IMG/VR virus record: IMGVR_UViG_643348544_000005
From: a virus
Lineage: Duplodnaviria > Heunggongvirae > Uroviricota > Caudoviricetes
Length of the DNA stretch: 49,714 nucleotides
Direction: 5' to 3' (one strand)
A program made the position numbers and the translations under genes. Positions within the stretch are counted from its first letter, which is position 1. Every line of letters begins with the position of its first letter. A model generated the notes under the pieces. That model saw nothing but the letters and a program-made list of their open reading frames with translations. It made no database searches and was not told the origin of the DNA. Positions 1 to 8,685 of the stretch are shown here, piece by piece.

Positions 1-1131
1 TCAAATGACCAGTTTTTTCCATTCCTTACCGCGTGCGTCGTTGTAAATATCGGTCATTTTTTGATTCGAATGGCCTAGCAAAATTTTGGTATCAACCCCC
101 TGCTCTCTGAACAATCGCTCTGATAAAGATCTCTGCTCATGGAAAGAGGGAGGGGTGCCATTAGCACGCCAGTTGTAATCCACAGAATCCCGGGCTTTTT
201 TAAATGCAACGGTTAATGTTGCTGGCTTAACCATCCCGCCGCGCTTAGCTGTCCCTTTCGCGTGATGGTGGTGCAATAGCCACGGACTAAGAACGCAATC
301 GCGGCAGGATGACACCACATCATCCAGGGTGAGATTTAATTTATCGCAACGCAGAGCCAGAGGGATGGCAATCCGGGTTCCTGTTTTTTGCTGTTCGACA
401 TGAAGATAACCATCCCGGATATCCGAAAATTGCATTTTGCAAATATCTGAAAGGCGCTGGCCTGTCATCAGTGCCAGCAGCATACCGTGCTGTAAAAAGT
501 AACCATCCTTTTCCGCTGCGTTATAAATCATCATCCACTCATCAAAAGTCAGTCGCTGTCTTGATATCCGCACCTGCGGTTTTTTTGCCGATTCTGCAGG
601 GTTAAAGCCTGGCGGGACATCGCCCGTTTGCTGAGCTTCCCGGAAAACATCGATCAGTACTTTCCTGAAAATTTGTCCCATTCTGTTATGTCCTCTGGCC
701 TTGTACTCTTCCAGTACTGATACCACATCTTTTACGGTTATGGCATCTAACGGTCTGGTGCCAAAACGTTCATCAAATACCCTGAGAGGGGCCGCTTTCT
801 GTTTCAGCGTGTTGAGTTTGATCTCGCCGTTTTCATATCTTTCCTGTTGAATTTTTCTGTAATTATTCAGAAAAATGGTAACGGTTGATGAACCGCCGGT
901 ATCACTAATAATTTTCTCCTGCAGACTGAGCATTTGTTCCATTTGCTGCCGGGCAAGACGGCTGTTCGCTTCTGCTGCAATAGTTTCTGCCAGTTTCTGG
1001 TCAATACTGCCGAGACCGTGATTTTTGCCTGTTATGGGATGCCTGTAACGCCAGTAAACTTTGTTATTTCTTTTGTCAAAATACGGAGATAATCCCGGAA
1101 CATCGGTTTTATATTTTCGCGGGCGCGCCAT
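1..1131 (-). CDS. int: Phage tyrosine integrase (site-specific recombinase)
   Basis: 376-aa ORF, ATG at 1129-1131, stop at window position 1-3; C-terminal region ...LLGHSNQKMTDIY... typical of the tyrosine recombinase catalytic region; overlaps upstream xis-like ORF by 23 bp in classic int-xis arrangement. Confidence 0.9.
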   Translation of the reverse strand: MARPRKYKTDVPGLSPYFDKRNNKVYWRYRHPITGKNHGLGSIDQKLAETIAAEANSRLARQQMEQMLSLQEKIISDTGGSSTVTIFLNNYRKIQQERYENGEIKLNTLKQKAAPLRVFDERFGTRPLDAITVKDVVSVLEEYKARGHNRMGQIFRKVLIDVFREAQQTGDVPPGFNPAESAKKPQVRISRQRLTFDEWMMIYNAAEKDGYFLQHGMLLALMTGQRLSDICKMQFSDIRDGYLHVEQQKTGTRIAIPLALRCDKLNLTLDDVVSSCRDCVLSPWLLHHHHAKGTAKRGGMVKPATLTVAFKKARDSVDYNWRANGTPPSFHEQRSLSERLFREQGVDTKILLGHSNQKMTDIYNDARGKEWKKLVI

Positions 1132-1357
1132 CTTCCAGTATCCTCTTCAAAGCAGGGTGATCTGTGGCGATCACCTCCGGCTTGTTTACCATTCCTACAA
1201 AGCGAGCTTGCGGATCCACTCGCCAGCGTCTTCCAACTTTTTTGGGGAGAGGAAATATCATTCCGGCTTTAGCGTATTTACTTAACGTACTCGGAGTAGG
1301 GACCGGTTCACTGAATTCCTCTTTTGCCCACTCAGTGAGCAGAATAAGTCTTGCCAT
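1109..1357 (-). CDS. xis: Excisionase-like small DNA-binding protein
   Basis: 82-aa ORF immediately upstream of and overlapping int on the same strand; small basic protein (…KKVGRRWRVDPQ…); assignment mainly by position. Confidence 0.6.
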   Translation of the reverse strand: MARLILLTEWAKEEFSEPVPTPSTLSKYAKAGMIFPLPKKVGRRWRVDPQARFVGMVNKPEVIATDHPALKRILEDGAPAKI

Positions 1358-1421
1358 GAGCGTCGTTCGCTAATCATGGTCGCCGCCACTATAGCTGGTG
1401 GGCAACGACCGGGGTTGAACA

Positions 1422-3893
1422 TTAAAAATCAGCCTGATTCGGGATCAGTTTTTGCCAGATAGTTGAAACGTATTTTGCCTGGTAACGGGCATCATCCAGC
1501 GCATTGTGGCGCTCACCTTCGAATGGAATAGCCGCCCTGGCATCGAAGTCCATGGCTTTTCCCAGCTCAACGATTGTGCGTACATCGCGATCGTTGTAGT
1601 AACGCCACGGGCAGGGGATCCCCTGCCGTTCGTATGAACGGCGCAAAATCGTGTTGTCGAAGTTGGCTCCATTTCCCCAGACCTGAACAAAAAATTCGCC
1701 GGAGTTTTCGTCGATAAATTCCCGCAATTGCAGCAGTGCATCATCTAACGGGATTTCATCGGTCAGAATGGCAGATTGCGCCTCCCGTGATTGCTTAAGC
1801 CACCATTTAATGGTGCCACGATCAATGACTCCGCCAGCAGTATCCATATCGATGGTCTTACTAAATTCCGGCCCCATATCTCCGGTTTGCGGATCGAAAA
1901 ATATTGCACCTATTGAGATAAGCGGGGCATCGGGATTTTTTCCCATGGTTTCAAGGTCGATCATCATGTGGTGCCACATTCTGCTGGTGGATGTGATTTC
2001 TTGATGACCGTTCACCTTAATTGAGTGATCTGCCGTCTCGCCAGTTTCATTATCGCTATCGTGATGCTGATTGCCGCCAGTGTTCTCCTTGTGTGGATGT
2101 TCAGCGCCTTCCATTTCCTCCGGATCATCTTCCTGAACTTCAGGCTGATACTCTTCATCGAATGTTTCCTGGTATGTTGCGTCGCCCATTACCGCGCCAC
2201 AATCAGGGCAGTTGCCGCCGCCGGTCTGACCGCAGGCGGTGCAGACTTTTTCCACTTCCTGTTGCGCCACTGATTCAGGCTGTTTCGTTTCTGGCTCGTT
2301 TTGTAACGCATTTGGGCTGTTTTGTTCCGCTTTCTGGTCGTTCTGTTCCGTTTCTTGCTGGTTCTGGTTCACAGAATCGCGGGTCTGGTTCCCCTTAACC
2401 CATTTCGGATCATTCGGGTCGCTAATCCCTTCAACAAATTCACCACGTGATACTGCAAGCAGTTCATCGGCGTCAGGCTGGCTGATATTGGCTGCCTGCA
2501 TAATTTTGTTTACTTCGTCAGCGGTAACTTTTACTGGCTCTGGTTGTGCGGTCGTGTCAGATGCACCAGTATTTTGTTGTGAACCTGAGTATGTACCGTT
2601 TTTACGTGCGAAGTATTCCTCTTTTGTGATTTCCGTAGCTCCCAGGGCCAGTGCTTTTTCCAGACCAGAAAGTTTGTTTGCGCGACCGTATTTTTCGCCG
2701 TCCTTATCGGTGAAGAGGAAGTAGAACGGCCCCTCACGCTCTACAGATGGTTCGACTTCCACTTTGCATTCGGTTTTTTCGTTGCCCGGAATTGCCGTTT
2801 CCACTGCATCAGTTTCTGGTACTGGCGACGAGAGAGTATCAGTTGCGCTCTGATTTCTTCCTTCATCTTCAAACACGCCCTTTGTAGTCAGGTATTCAGT
2901 AATGTATTTGTTCAGTGCCACAGGGTCTTTGTGAATGTCGATCGGACGTTCACGGACAAGGCCAAAAATAGTCTGGCGGTCGTAGCGAAGGGCATCAGGC
3001 TGTTTGCGCATTGATGCCGAGATACGCTTCCAGTCTTCGCGGTCGTTGTCGATAACTTCATTTTTTGCCCAGCGATGGATGCTGCCGTCAATGTTTCCGG
3101 CATCCACATCACCAGGCCAGAGAGCGTAGGCCAGTTCGTCATCCAGTGTTTTCCATGTCTGCTTGTATTCGCGATGAATGGCAGCAATGACCGGGCTGAT
3201 TTTTCCTGTTGAATTTTCACTGTGCTGTTGATTGGTTCTGGCGCGGGCGAGATCAACAACAGACGTGTATTTTCCGGTTTCCTTGCGTTCACCTTCGCGA
3301 CGTTTTTTCCAGATGCGCATCTCTGCCTGAATTTCGGGCCATTTGGCACCAGGCTTACATTTATGCTTAACCCACCCGATGGCATGCAGCTTAAGCTCCG
3401 GATACATGGCGTTAACTTCTGGCATTTTCATCAACGCTTCAACGATATGTCCGTCGAATGTTGCCATGTCTTCCTGCAACAATTCCTGTGCGCTAATAAC
3501 CATATCAACGGTGATGTTTTCACATGTGTCGAACTTAACCATGACAGCGTTCTGTACTTCAGGGGCCAGCTTGTCAAAAGTGACGTTCATCGGATCGGAT
3601 TCAGTCTCAACCGGGACAAAGGAAGCAGACTCCTCATCCCAGCGGTTTTCCTGCATATATTCAGCATCCCAGGAATCGAGGGCAGGGCGGGGTATACCGG
3701 GTTTATCCTCGCAGACAAGAAATTTATAAGCGCAGTCCTGAGCAGCCGGATAATGCTCCAGGAATTGCCAGTGAAATTTTGCGCGGGCGCGACGTTCATC
3801 ACCGGCTTCAATGGCAGTGGCTACAGCGACGGCACCTTCTTCCTTTATTGCCTGTTCGTCCGGAATGGCGGCGCAAATAAAGACTTTACTCAT
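1422..3893 (-). CDS. Large prophage exonuclease-family protein (C-terminal DnaQ-like 3'-5' exonuclease domain)
   Basis: 823-aa ORF, ATG at 3891-3893; C-terminal segment …HMMIDLETMG…FDNTILRR…HNALDDARY… resembles DEDDh exonuclease motifs; central CxxC…CxxC cluster (…CTACGQTGGGNCPDCG…). Confidence 0.75.
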   Translation of the reverse strand: MSKVFICAAIPDEQAIKEEGAVAVATAIEAGDERRARAKFHWQFLEHYPAAQDCAYKFLVCEDKPGIPRPALDSWDAEYMQENRWDEESASFVPVETESDPMNVTFDKLAPEVQNAVMVKFDTCENITVDMVISAQELLQEDMATFDGHIVEALMKMPEVNAMYPELKLHAIGWVKHKCKPGAKWPEIQAEMRIWKKRREGERKETGKYTSVVDLARARTNQQHSENSTGKISPVIAAIHREYKQTWKTLDDELAYALWPGDVDAGNIDGSIHRWAKNEVIDNDREDWKRISASMRKQPDALRYDRQTIFGLVRERPIDIHKDPVALNKYITEYLTTKGVFEDEGRNQSATDTLSSPVPETDAVETAIPGNEKTECKVEVEPSVEREGPFYFLFTDKDGEKYGRANKLSGLEKALALGATEITKEEYFARKNGTYSGSQQNTGASDTTAQPEPVKVTADEVNKIMQAANISQPDADELLAVSRGEFVEGISDPNDPKWVKGNQTRDSVNQNQQETEQNDQKAEQNSPNALQNEPETKQPESVAQQEVEKVCTACGQTGGGNCPDCGAVMGDATYQETFDEEYQPEVQEDDPEEMEGAEHPHKENTGGNQHHDSDNETGETADHSIKVNGHQEITSTSRMWHHMMIDLETMGKNPDAPLISIGAIFFDPQTGDMGPEFSKTIDMDTAGGVIDRGTIKWWLKQSREAQSAILTDEIPLDDALLQLREFIDENSGEFFVQVWGNGANFDNTILRRSYERQGIPCPWRYYNDRDVRTIVELGKAMDFDARAAIPFEGERHNALDDARYQAKYVSTIWQKLIPNQADF

Positions 3894-3985
3894 TTTGTTT
3901 TACCTCATTACAGATTTAAGGGTGAACAAATCCCTGCCATTGCTGGCATATAAGAATGAAACCGGATATTTATTACGGAACTGTT

Positions 3986-4177
3986 TTAAAGACCTGCCGG
4001 GATTTCGTTATTATCCTGGTGAATAACTTTATCGACCGGGTAACAGTTACCGGGAATTTTCTGTTCGGTTGCTGCAGTCACACACTCCTGCATTGTCCTG
4101 TGAACACTGACTGCAATATCAACTGGCTCTCCGGAAACAAGAAAAACTGTCAGAACAAGTGCAAATGCTGTATTCAT
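3986..4177 (-). CDS. ydfD: YdfD-like small membrane/lysis protein
   Basis: 63-aa reading frame MNTAFALVLTVFLVSGEPVDIAVSVHRTMQEC… from internal ATG (4175-4177) of the 81-aa track ORF; matches recollected Qin YdfD; start overlaps dicB stop (ATGA). Confidence 0.8.
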   Translation of the reverse strand: MNTAFALVLTVFLVSGEPVDIAVSVHRTMQECVTAATEQKIPGNCYPVDKVIHQDNNEIPAGL

Positions 4178-4362
4178 TGCCAGCATCCTTTTTGTATCGG
4201 ACGTAAACGGGCCAGCATTGAAAGAATGCATATTTTATTTAATAGCTCCCGTTCGTGTTTTCTCTTGTTAATGGCATCTTCAGTAAATACAGGGTTACTG
4301 ATAGTGACACCAATTTCAAAACAACCTTCAGACGTATTAACGTTTGGTAATAACGTTTCCAT
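4174..4362 (-). CDS. dicB: Cell-division inhibitor DicB
   Basis: 62-aa frame METLLPNVNTSEGCFEIGVTISNPVFTEDAINKRK…KGCWQ from ATG at 4360-4362 within the 97-aa track ORF; near-identical to recollected E. coli DicB (62 aa). Confidence 0.9.
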   Translation of the reverse strand: METLLPNVNTSEGCFEIGVTISNPVFTEDAINKRKHERELLNKICILSMLARLRPIQKGCWQ

Positions 4363-4536
4363 TATCGCGTCCTCAACAATGAATTTTGTGATGCGGTGCC
4401 TGGTGCCTCCAGGTGACGTTAACCAGTTAACAATTAACGCCGGATACAGAGAATCCACCCATAACACTGTTTTTGGTTTTAACTGTTCCGCGTGCGCTCA
4501 GCCGCATTCACCACATCACAAAATTCACTTTAAAAA

Positions 4537-4589
4537 GGGCGGCAGAGCAGTCACGGAGTAAAACTGATACCGCCAAACGTCACCAGAAA
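4537..4589 (-). ncRNA. dicF: DicF small regulatory RNA
   Basis: Minus-strand sequence TTTCTGGTGACGTTTGGCGGTATCAGTTTTACTCCGTGACTGCTCTGCCGCCC followed by a T-tract matches the recollected 53-nt DicF RNA; lies upstream of dicB as in the Qin dicBF operon. Confidence 0.85.
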
Positions 4590-4928
4590 ATTGATAACAG
4601 AGGGCGTTGCAGCGGGGTTGTCACTTAAGCGTATGGTCAACCTGACAACCCGGTGTCCTCAACGGGGGAAGGAATAACCCCGCCATACTTACCGCCGCGC
4701 CATTTCGCGGATTGCCACAACCGGAAGCGCACGGTCGACGAAAATTTAACGACAGGCTATCTATGAACCAGCTACCTCGCCGTGCGCTTTCGCGTTATGG
4801 TCTGACTTTTCAGGGAAATATCCTTTCAGTAAACTGTCAGTGCCGGATTCTTATCCGTGTCCGGCGCACGACCACACGCTGTCACGAGAGGTCTCCATTC
4901 TCAACCAGTAACCTCAATGGAGGATAAA

Positions 4929-5123
4929 ATGTCAGAGCAGGAGTTAAAACTTGGTGCATGTTATTGTGTTCTCAAGGAGCTGGTACACATGCTTCCATCT
5001 ACTCAGTATCAACAGTTAGTTGGCAATTTAAATCAGCGAATCGAAGCTATGTTAAAATCTGATGGTTTTAATAACGTAGAAACGCTGATGCTAAAAAGAT
5101 ATCTTGATGGATTAATCAGATAA
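4929..5123 (+). CDS. Hypothetical small protein encoded antisense inside the dicBF operon spacer
   Basis: 64-aa frame MSEQELKLGACYCVLKELVHML… with SD GGAGGA (4917-4922) 6 nt before ATG 4929; converges on and overlaps the 3' end of the minus-strand gene 5112..5462 by 12 bp. Confidence 0.3.
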   Translation: MSEQELKLGACYCVLKELVHMLPSTQYQQLVGNLNQRIEAMLKSDGFNNVETLMLKRYLDGLIR

Positions 5124-5462
5124 CATTTTTTTACGGCGTTCATATTCGTTAATATTTATGAAGCCTGTTGCCAGAAGCAGTTCGTTAATTTCATGGTTGT
5201 TTGGCTGTTTCTGGCTCTTTGAGCTGGGATCTTCCACTTCTTTTTCTGCAAATTGTTTTGCTGTATCCTCTGTGCCATGGATATTTAAAGCTGTATCTGA
5301 AAACAGCCCAGTAAACGCATCGCGCACATTACGAGCCATATTATCAGTGTCTTTTTTTGTTACCGATTCCAATTCAAGTTCGTTCAGACGATGACGAAGT
5401 GTGTGTGCTGCAATCTCCTGGATTGAAGGAGGTAAATCTTTAAATTCCATCGTCAACCTCAT
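5112..5462 (-). CDS. dicBF-operon protein (position equivalent to YdfB/YdfC)
   Basis: 116-aa ORF directly downstream of ydfA with start overlapping the ydfA stop (ATGA at 5462); second in-frame ATG at 5450; identity beyond operon position not established. Confidence 0.5.
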   Translation of the reverse strand: MRLTMEFKDLPPSIQEIAAHTLRHRLNELELESVTKKDTDNMARNVRDAFTGLFSDTALNIHGTEDTAKQFAEKEVEDPSSKSQKQPNNHEINELLLATGFININEYERRKKMLSD

Positions 5463-5614
5463 CAGTCAGTGTTTCTTGCTAACCAGCGATGCGCGCCAGC
5501 TGCGGTTTTAAACGTTTTACTTTTGGTATACGTCATCGCGGTGAAGGTGCCGTCCTGGTTAGGGAACACACCGCATACCAGAGATTCGTTGTTGCCAAGA
5601 TCGATAGTATCCAT
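5462..5614 (-). CDS. ydfA: YdfA-like small protein
   Basis: 50-aa frame MDTIDLGNNESLVCGVFPNQDGTFTAMTYTKSKTFKT… from ATG 5612-5614 with GAGG SD; matches recollected Qin YdfA. Confidence 0.8.
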   Translation of the reverse strand: MDTIDLGNNESLVCGVFPNQDGTFTAMTYTKSKTFKTAAGAHRWLARNTD

Positions 5615-5730
5615 GCTGACCTCATTTCCCCTTAACGCCGGGGTAGCGGAACTGTTTGCGGAGAACACCGTGCGGTGTGTTGATGGAAGTAATTTAGTTT
5701 TCTCATTATTTTTCGTCAAGGCTTTTTGAT

Positions 5731-5742
5731 GAGAAAACTCAA
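5731..5742 (+). promoter_or_regulatory. Operator-like motif GAGAAAACTCAA (copy 1, leftward dicBF-operon promoter region)
   Basis: Same 12-mer recurs at 6267-6278 on the other side of the repressor gene, with extended similarity (GAGAAAACTCAAGTGTTGG vs GAGAAAACTCAATATTGG); OL/OR-like placement. Confidence 0.3.
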
Positions 5743-5806
5743 GTGTTGGCGCAAGATAAAGCCAATACATTGAAATGTAAGGCTTTAAAATTTTGTGAAG
5801 GGATGA

Positions 5807-6214
5807 TTATTGATGCTTGTTGCGTTTGCGAGCCTCTAATAGCTCGGTGAACAGGCGATTAAAATTCTCAACGCGGGCGCGGAGTTCGCTGAGTTGTGCT
5901 TGTTGCTCTGATTTAGGAAGTGCGCGATACAAACGCAGCATCTCTAACTCATCTTCCGATAAGTCTAGGGTACTATCGAGTGAAACAGGGGGAGCTGGTG
6001 TTTTGTCCTCGTCGCCAAACAGTATCCAGGTTGGTGAACATTGCAATACCTCGGCGAGGCGATGCAAATTTTGCCCGCGCGGGGCTGTATGGTCACTTTC
6101 CCATAATGAAATTGATGAGCCAGATACGCCAGCAGCTTTGCTTAAACCGTTTTGACTTAAGCCTACCTGCTTACGTCTTTCTCTAATGCGTTGACCTAAA
6201 GTTTTCTCGTTCAT
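5807..6214 (-). CDS. dicA: DicA-like HTH repressor (CI analogue)
   Basis: 135-aa frame from ATG 6212-6214 (MNEKTLGQRIRERRKQVGLSQ…VLQCSPTWILFGDEDK…) closely resembles recollected E. coli DicA; divergent from dicC-like gene. Confidence 0.85.
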   Translation of the reverse strand: MNEKTLGQRIRERRKQVGLSQNGLSKAAGVSGSSISLWESDHTAPRGQNLHRLAEVLQCSPTWILFGDEDKTPAPPVSLDSTLDLSEDELEMLRLYRALPKSEQQAQLSELRARVENFNRLFTELLEARKRNKHQ

Positions 6215-6266
6215 ATTTAGATATCTTAATAATCCTTGACTTGAGATTCCTTGAGTGATTAGCATT

Positions 6267-6278
6267 GAGAAAACTCAA
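6267..6278 (+). promoter_or_regulatory. Operator-like motif GAGAAAACTCAA (copy 2, dicA/dicC divergent promoter region)
   Basis: Second copy of the 12-mer found at 5731-5742; lies between dicA start and dicC start. Confidence 0.3.
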
Positions 6279-6291
6279 TATTGGAGGTGCG

Positions 6292-6519
6292 ATGTTTAAA
6301 TCAGACGTAATTAATTTTTACGGTACGAAAGCCAAAGTAGCGAAAGCTGCTGGCGTTGACCCATCTGCTGTTTCTCAATGGCAAGAGCTAGTTCCTGAAG
6401 GTCGCGCGATGCGTCTACAGGAGGCATCTGGCGGCGAGCTTCTGTATGATCCCAAGGTTTATGACGAATATCGTAAGACGAAGCGGGCGGGGCGGTTGAA
6501 CAATGAAAATCACTCCTGA
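6292..6519 (+). CDS. dicC: DicC-like Cro-type regulator
   Basis: 75-aa frame MFKSDVINFYGTKAKVAKAAGV…PEGRAMRLQEASGGELLYDPKVYDEYRKTKRAG from ATG 6292 preceded by GGAGG; resembles recollected DicC. Confidence 0.8.
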   Translation: MFKSDVINFYGTKAKVAKAAGVDPSAVSQWQELVPEGRAMRLQEASGGELLYDPKVYDEYRKTKRAGRLNNENHS

Positions 6520-7024
6520 ACAGGCTCGTGAGGCTCTGGATGCCTGGATATGTCGACCAGGAATGACACAGGAGCAGGCGACGATATTAATCACTGAAGC
6601 ATTCTGGGCTTTGAAAGAGCGCCCGAACATCGATGTTCAGCGTGTCACAGATGAAGGTGGCGCGGTTGATCAGCGAGCGCTTGGCGTTAATCGAGTGAAG
6701 ATATTCGAACGCTGGAAGGCTATCGACACCAGGGATAAGCGTGAAAAGTTCACGGCGCTAGTGCCTGCAATTATGGAGGCTATCCGGATTAATGATTTCA
6801 GGTTGTATCGTGAAATTAGTGACGGAAAAAGCATCACGTACATGATCGCCGGGTTAAACAAAGAATATGGCGATGTGGTGGAGTCCGGACTGCTTTTTGC
6901 TGATCCTGCCGTAGTGGATCGTGAAACTGACGAACTTATAGAAAAAGCAATTGCTTTCAAACTTGCGTATCGACAGCAATACCAACAAAAAGCTGGATGG
7001 AATTATGAGCCTTCTTTTTGCTGA
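6503..7024 (+). CDS. YdaT-like phage regulatory protein (CII-position)
   Basis: 173-aa ORF overlapping dicC stop; loose resemblance to recollected Rac YdaT (…KFTALVPAIMEAIR…); assignment tentative. Confidence 0.45.
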   Translation: MKITPEQAREALDAWICRPGMTQEQATILITEAFWALKERPNIDVQRVTDEGGAVDQRALGVNRVKIFERWKAIDTRDKREKFTALVPAIMEAIRINDFRLYREISDGKSITYMIAGLNKEYGDVVESGLLFADPAVVDRETDELIEKAIAFKLAYRQQYQQKAGWNYEPSFC

Positions 7025-7970
7025 ACGCCCACTGGTTATAAACACACAGCTTGCGATGAAGATTGGCTTAAATGAAGCCATTGTGTTGCAGCAGTTGCAT
7101 TACTGGTTGAGAGATACCAATTCCGGCATGGAATGTGATGGTGTTCGCTGGATTTACAACACAACGGAACAATGGCTGGAACAGTTCCCATTCTGGTCAG
7201 AGTCAACGTTAAAGCGCGCGTTTGCAAGTCTGAAAACGCTGGGGCTCTTGCGTTGTGAAAAGCTCAATAAATCAAAGCGCGATATGACCAATTTCTACAC
7301 GATTAACTATGGGAGCGAGCTTTTAGATGATGGCAAATTGAGCGAATCCATCGGTTCAAAATGCGCCGCTCCATCAGGTCAAAATGACACGATGGAAGAG
7401 GTCAAAATGAAACGCTCCATTGGTTCAAAACGACCCAATGTCATCGGGTCAAAATGGCCCGATGATCCTACAGAGAATACAACAGAGATTACTACAGAGA
7501 ATAAAAACACTTTTCGTCCGGAAGCTTCGCAACCGGACCCGCAGACGGCTGAACAGGATTTTTTAATCCGGCACCCTGGCGCAGTTGTGTTTAGTGCGAA
7601 AAAACGCCAGTGGGGTAGCCAGGAGGATCTGGCGTGTGCGCAGTGGATATGGGGGCGGATCGTGGGTCTCTACGAACAGGCCGCCAGTGATGATGGCGAG
7701 ATCATGCGACCAAAAGAGCCTAACTGGACTGTCTGGGCCAATGATGTGCGCACAATGCGGATGCTGGATGGCAGAAGCCACAGACAAATTTGTGAAATGT
7801 TTGGTCGGGTACAGCGGGATCCGTTCTGGGTAAAAAACATCATGAGCCCGTCAAAGCTCCGCGAAAAATGGGACGAACTGGTCATCCGCCTGGGGCGTTC
7901 ACCTGTACAGCGTTGTGTTAATCATATTTCTGAACCGGATACAGAAATTCCGCCTGGTTTCAGAGGATAA
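7005..7970 (+). CDS. Replication initiation protein (lambda O-like), contains origin iterons
   Basis: 321-aa frame from ATG 7005 (MSLLFAERPLVINTQLAMKIGLNEAIVLQQLHYW…); five iterons inside the gene encode repeated IGSK/GSK motifs; followed by AT-rich stretch, as in lambdoid ori-within-O. Confidence 0.65.
   Translation: MSLLFAERPLVINTQLAMKIGLNEAIVLQQLHYWLRDTNSGMECDGVRWIYNTTEQWLEQFPFWSESTLKRAFASLKTLGLLRCEKLNKSKRDMTNFYTINYGSELLDDGKLSESIGSKCAAPSGQNDTMEEVKMKRSIGSKRPNVIGSKWPDDPTENTTEITTENKNTFRPEASQPDPQTAEQDFLIRHPGAVVFSAKKRQWGSQEDLACAQWIWGRIVGLYEQAASDDGEIMRPKEPNWTVWANDVRTMRMLDGRSHRQICEMFGRVQRDPFWVKNIMSPSKLREKWDELVIRLGRSPVQRCVNHISEPDTEIPPGFRG
7348..7520 (+). repeat. Replication origin: five GGT(T)CAAAATG iterons plus AT-rich region
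   Basis: Directly seen: catcGGTTCAAAATG (7348), catcaGGTCAAAATG (7372), gaagaGGTCAAAATG (7395), cattGGTTCAAAACG (7418), catcgGGTCAAAATG (7442) at ~23-24 bp spacing, then acagagaatacaacagagattactacagagaataaaaacactttt. Confidence 0.7.
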
Positions 7971-8010
7971 GTTTTGATTTCAGGTCATGAGGTAATTTTA
8001 AGGGGGACTT

Positions 8011-8433
8011 GTGGCAAAAGTTTTTACACAAGAAGAGCGGGAAAAAATTAAAGGGCAGGTGGTGGAACTCGTGCGCCAGAGCGGTCGTGAGACGTTACGG
8101 CAACTGGAAGTCAAGACAGGTGCGACAAGATATCTGATGAGCGTTCTCGCAAGAGAGCTGGTTGCCAGCGGCGATGTATACAACTCTGGTTACGGGTTAT
8201 TCCCGTCTGAACAGGCGCGTAAGGACTGGCAAAATGCCCGTAAAAAGCTCTCAAGGGCAAAGCTGAAGGAACCATCTGCGGTTGATCCGGACCTTATCTG
8301 GTCATTACCTGACGGAGAAATACGTCGCTACGACAGGCGTCAGAACATAATCTGTCGCGAGTGCCGGAAGAGTGAAGTTATGCAGCGCATACTAGCATTC
8401 TATCAGGGAAATGCTCGATATTTATTGAAGTGA
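8011..8433 (+). CDS. Hypothetical phage protein (replication-module neighbour)
   Basis: 140-aa ORF with GTG start preceded by AAGGGGGA SD; function unknown. Confidence 0.4.
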   Translation: MAKVFTQEEREKIKGQVVELVRQSGRETLRQLEVKTGATRYLMSVLARELVASGDVYNSGYGLFPSEQARKDWQNARKKLSRAKLKEPSAVDPDLIWSLPDGEIRRYDRRQNIICRECRKSEVMQRILAFYQGNARYLLK

Positions 8434-8685
8434 TGAGATTAAAGTTTATTAGTTCAGATATTGATTGGCTCTTTTGTGGAGTAGGGTAGAGTTAGTGTGT
8501 TTGTCTGCTTGGTGCCAGCAGCGGATATGTTTAACAACAGAAAGCATTCAGCATGGTTAGTGGATTTGCAAAGTGGATTAGGATTTGAGAAACTTTGATG
8601 AAGTTGTAAAGCTTGTTTCTATAAAAATAGAAATTTAACTAATAGTTAAACACACCTCCAGCTTCATTGAAAAGGATTATTAGCT

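Noticed and set aside
3956-4561. 201-aa plus-strand ORF overlapping ydfD, dicB and DicF
   Set aside because: Antisense to three recognisable minus-strand genes/RNA; no homology or start context.
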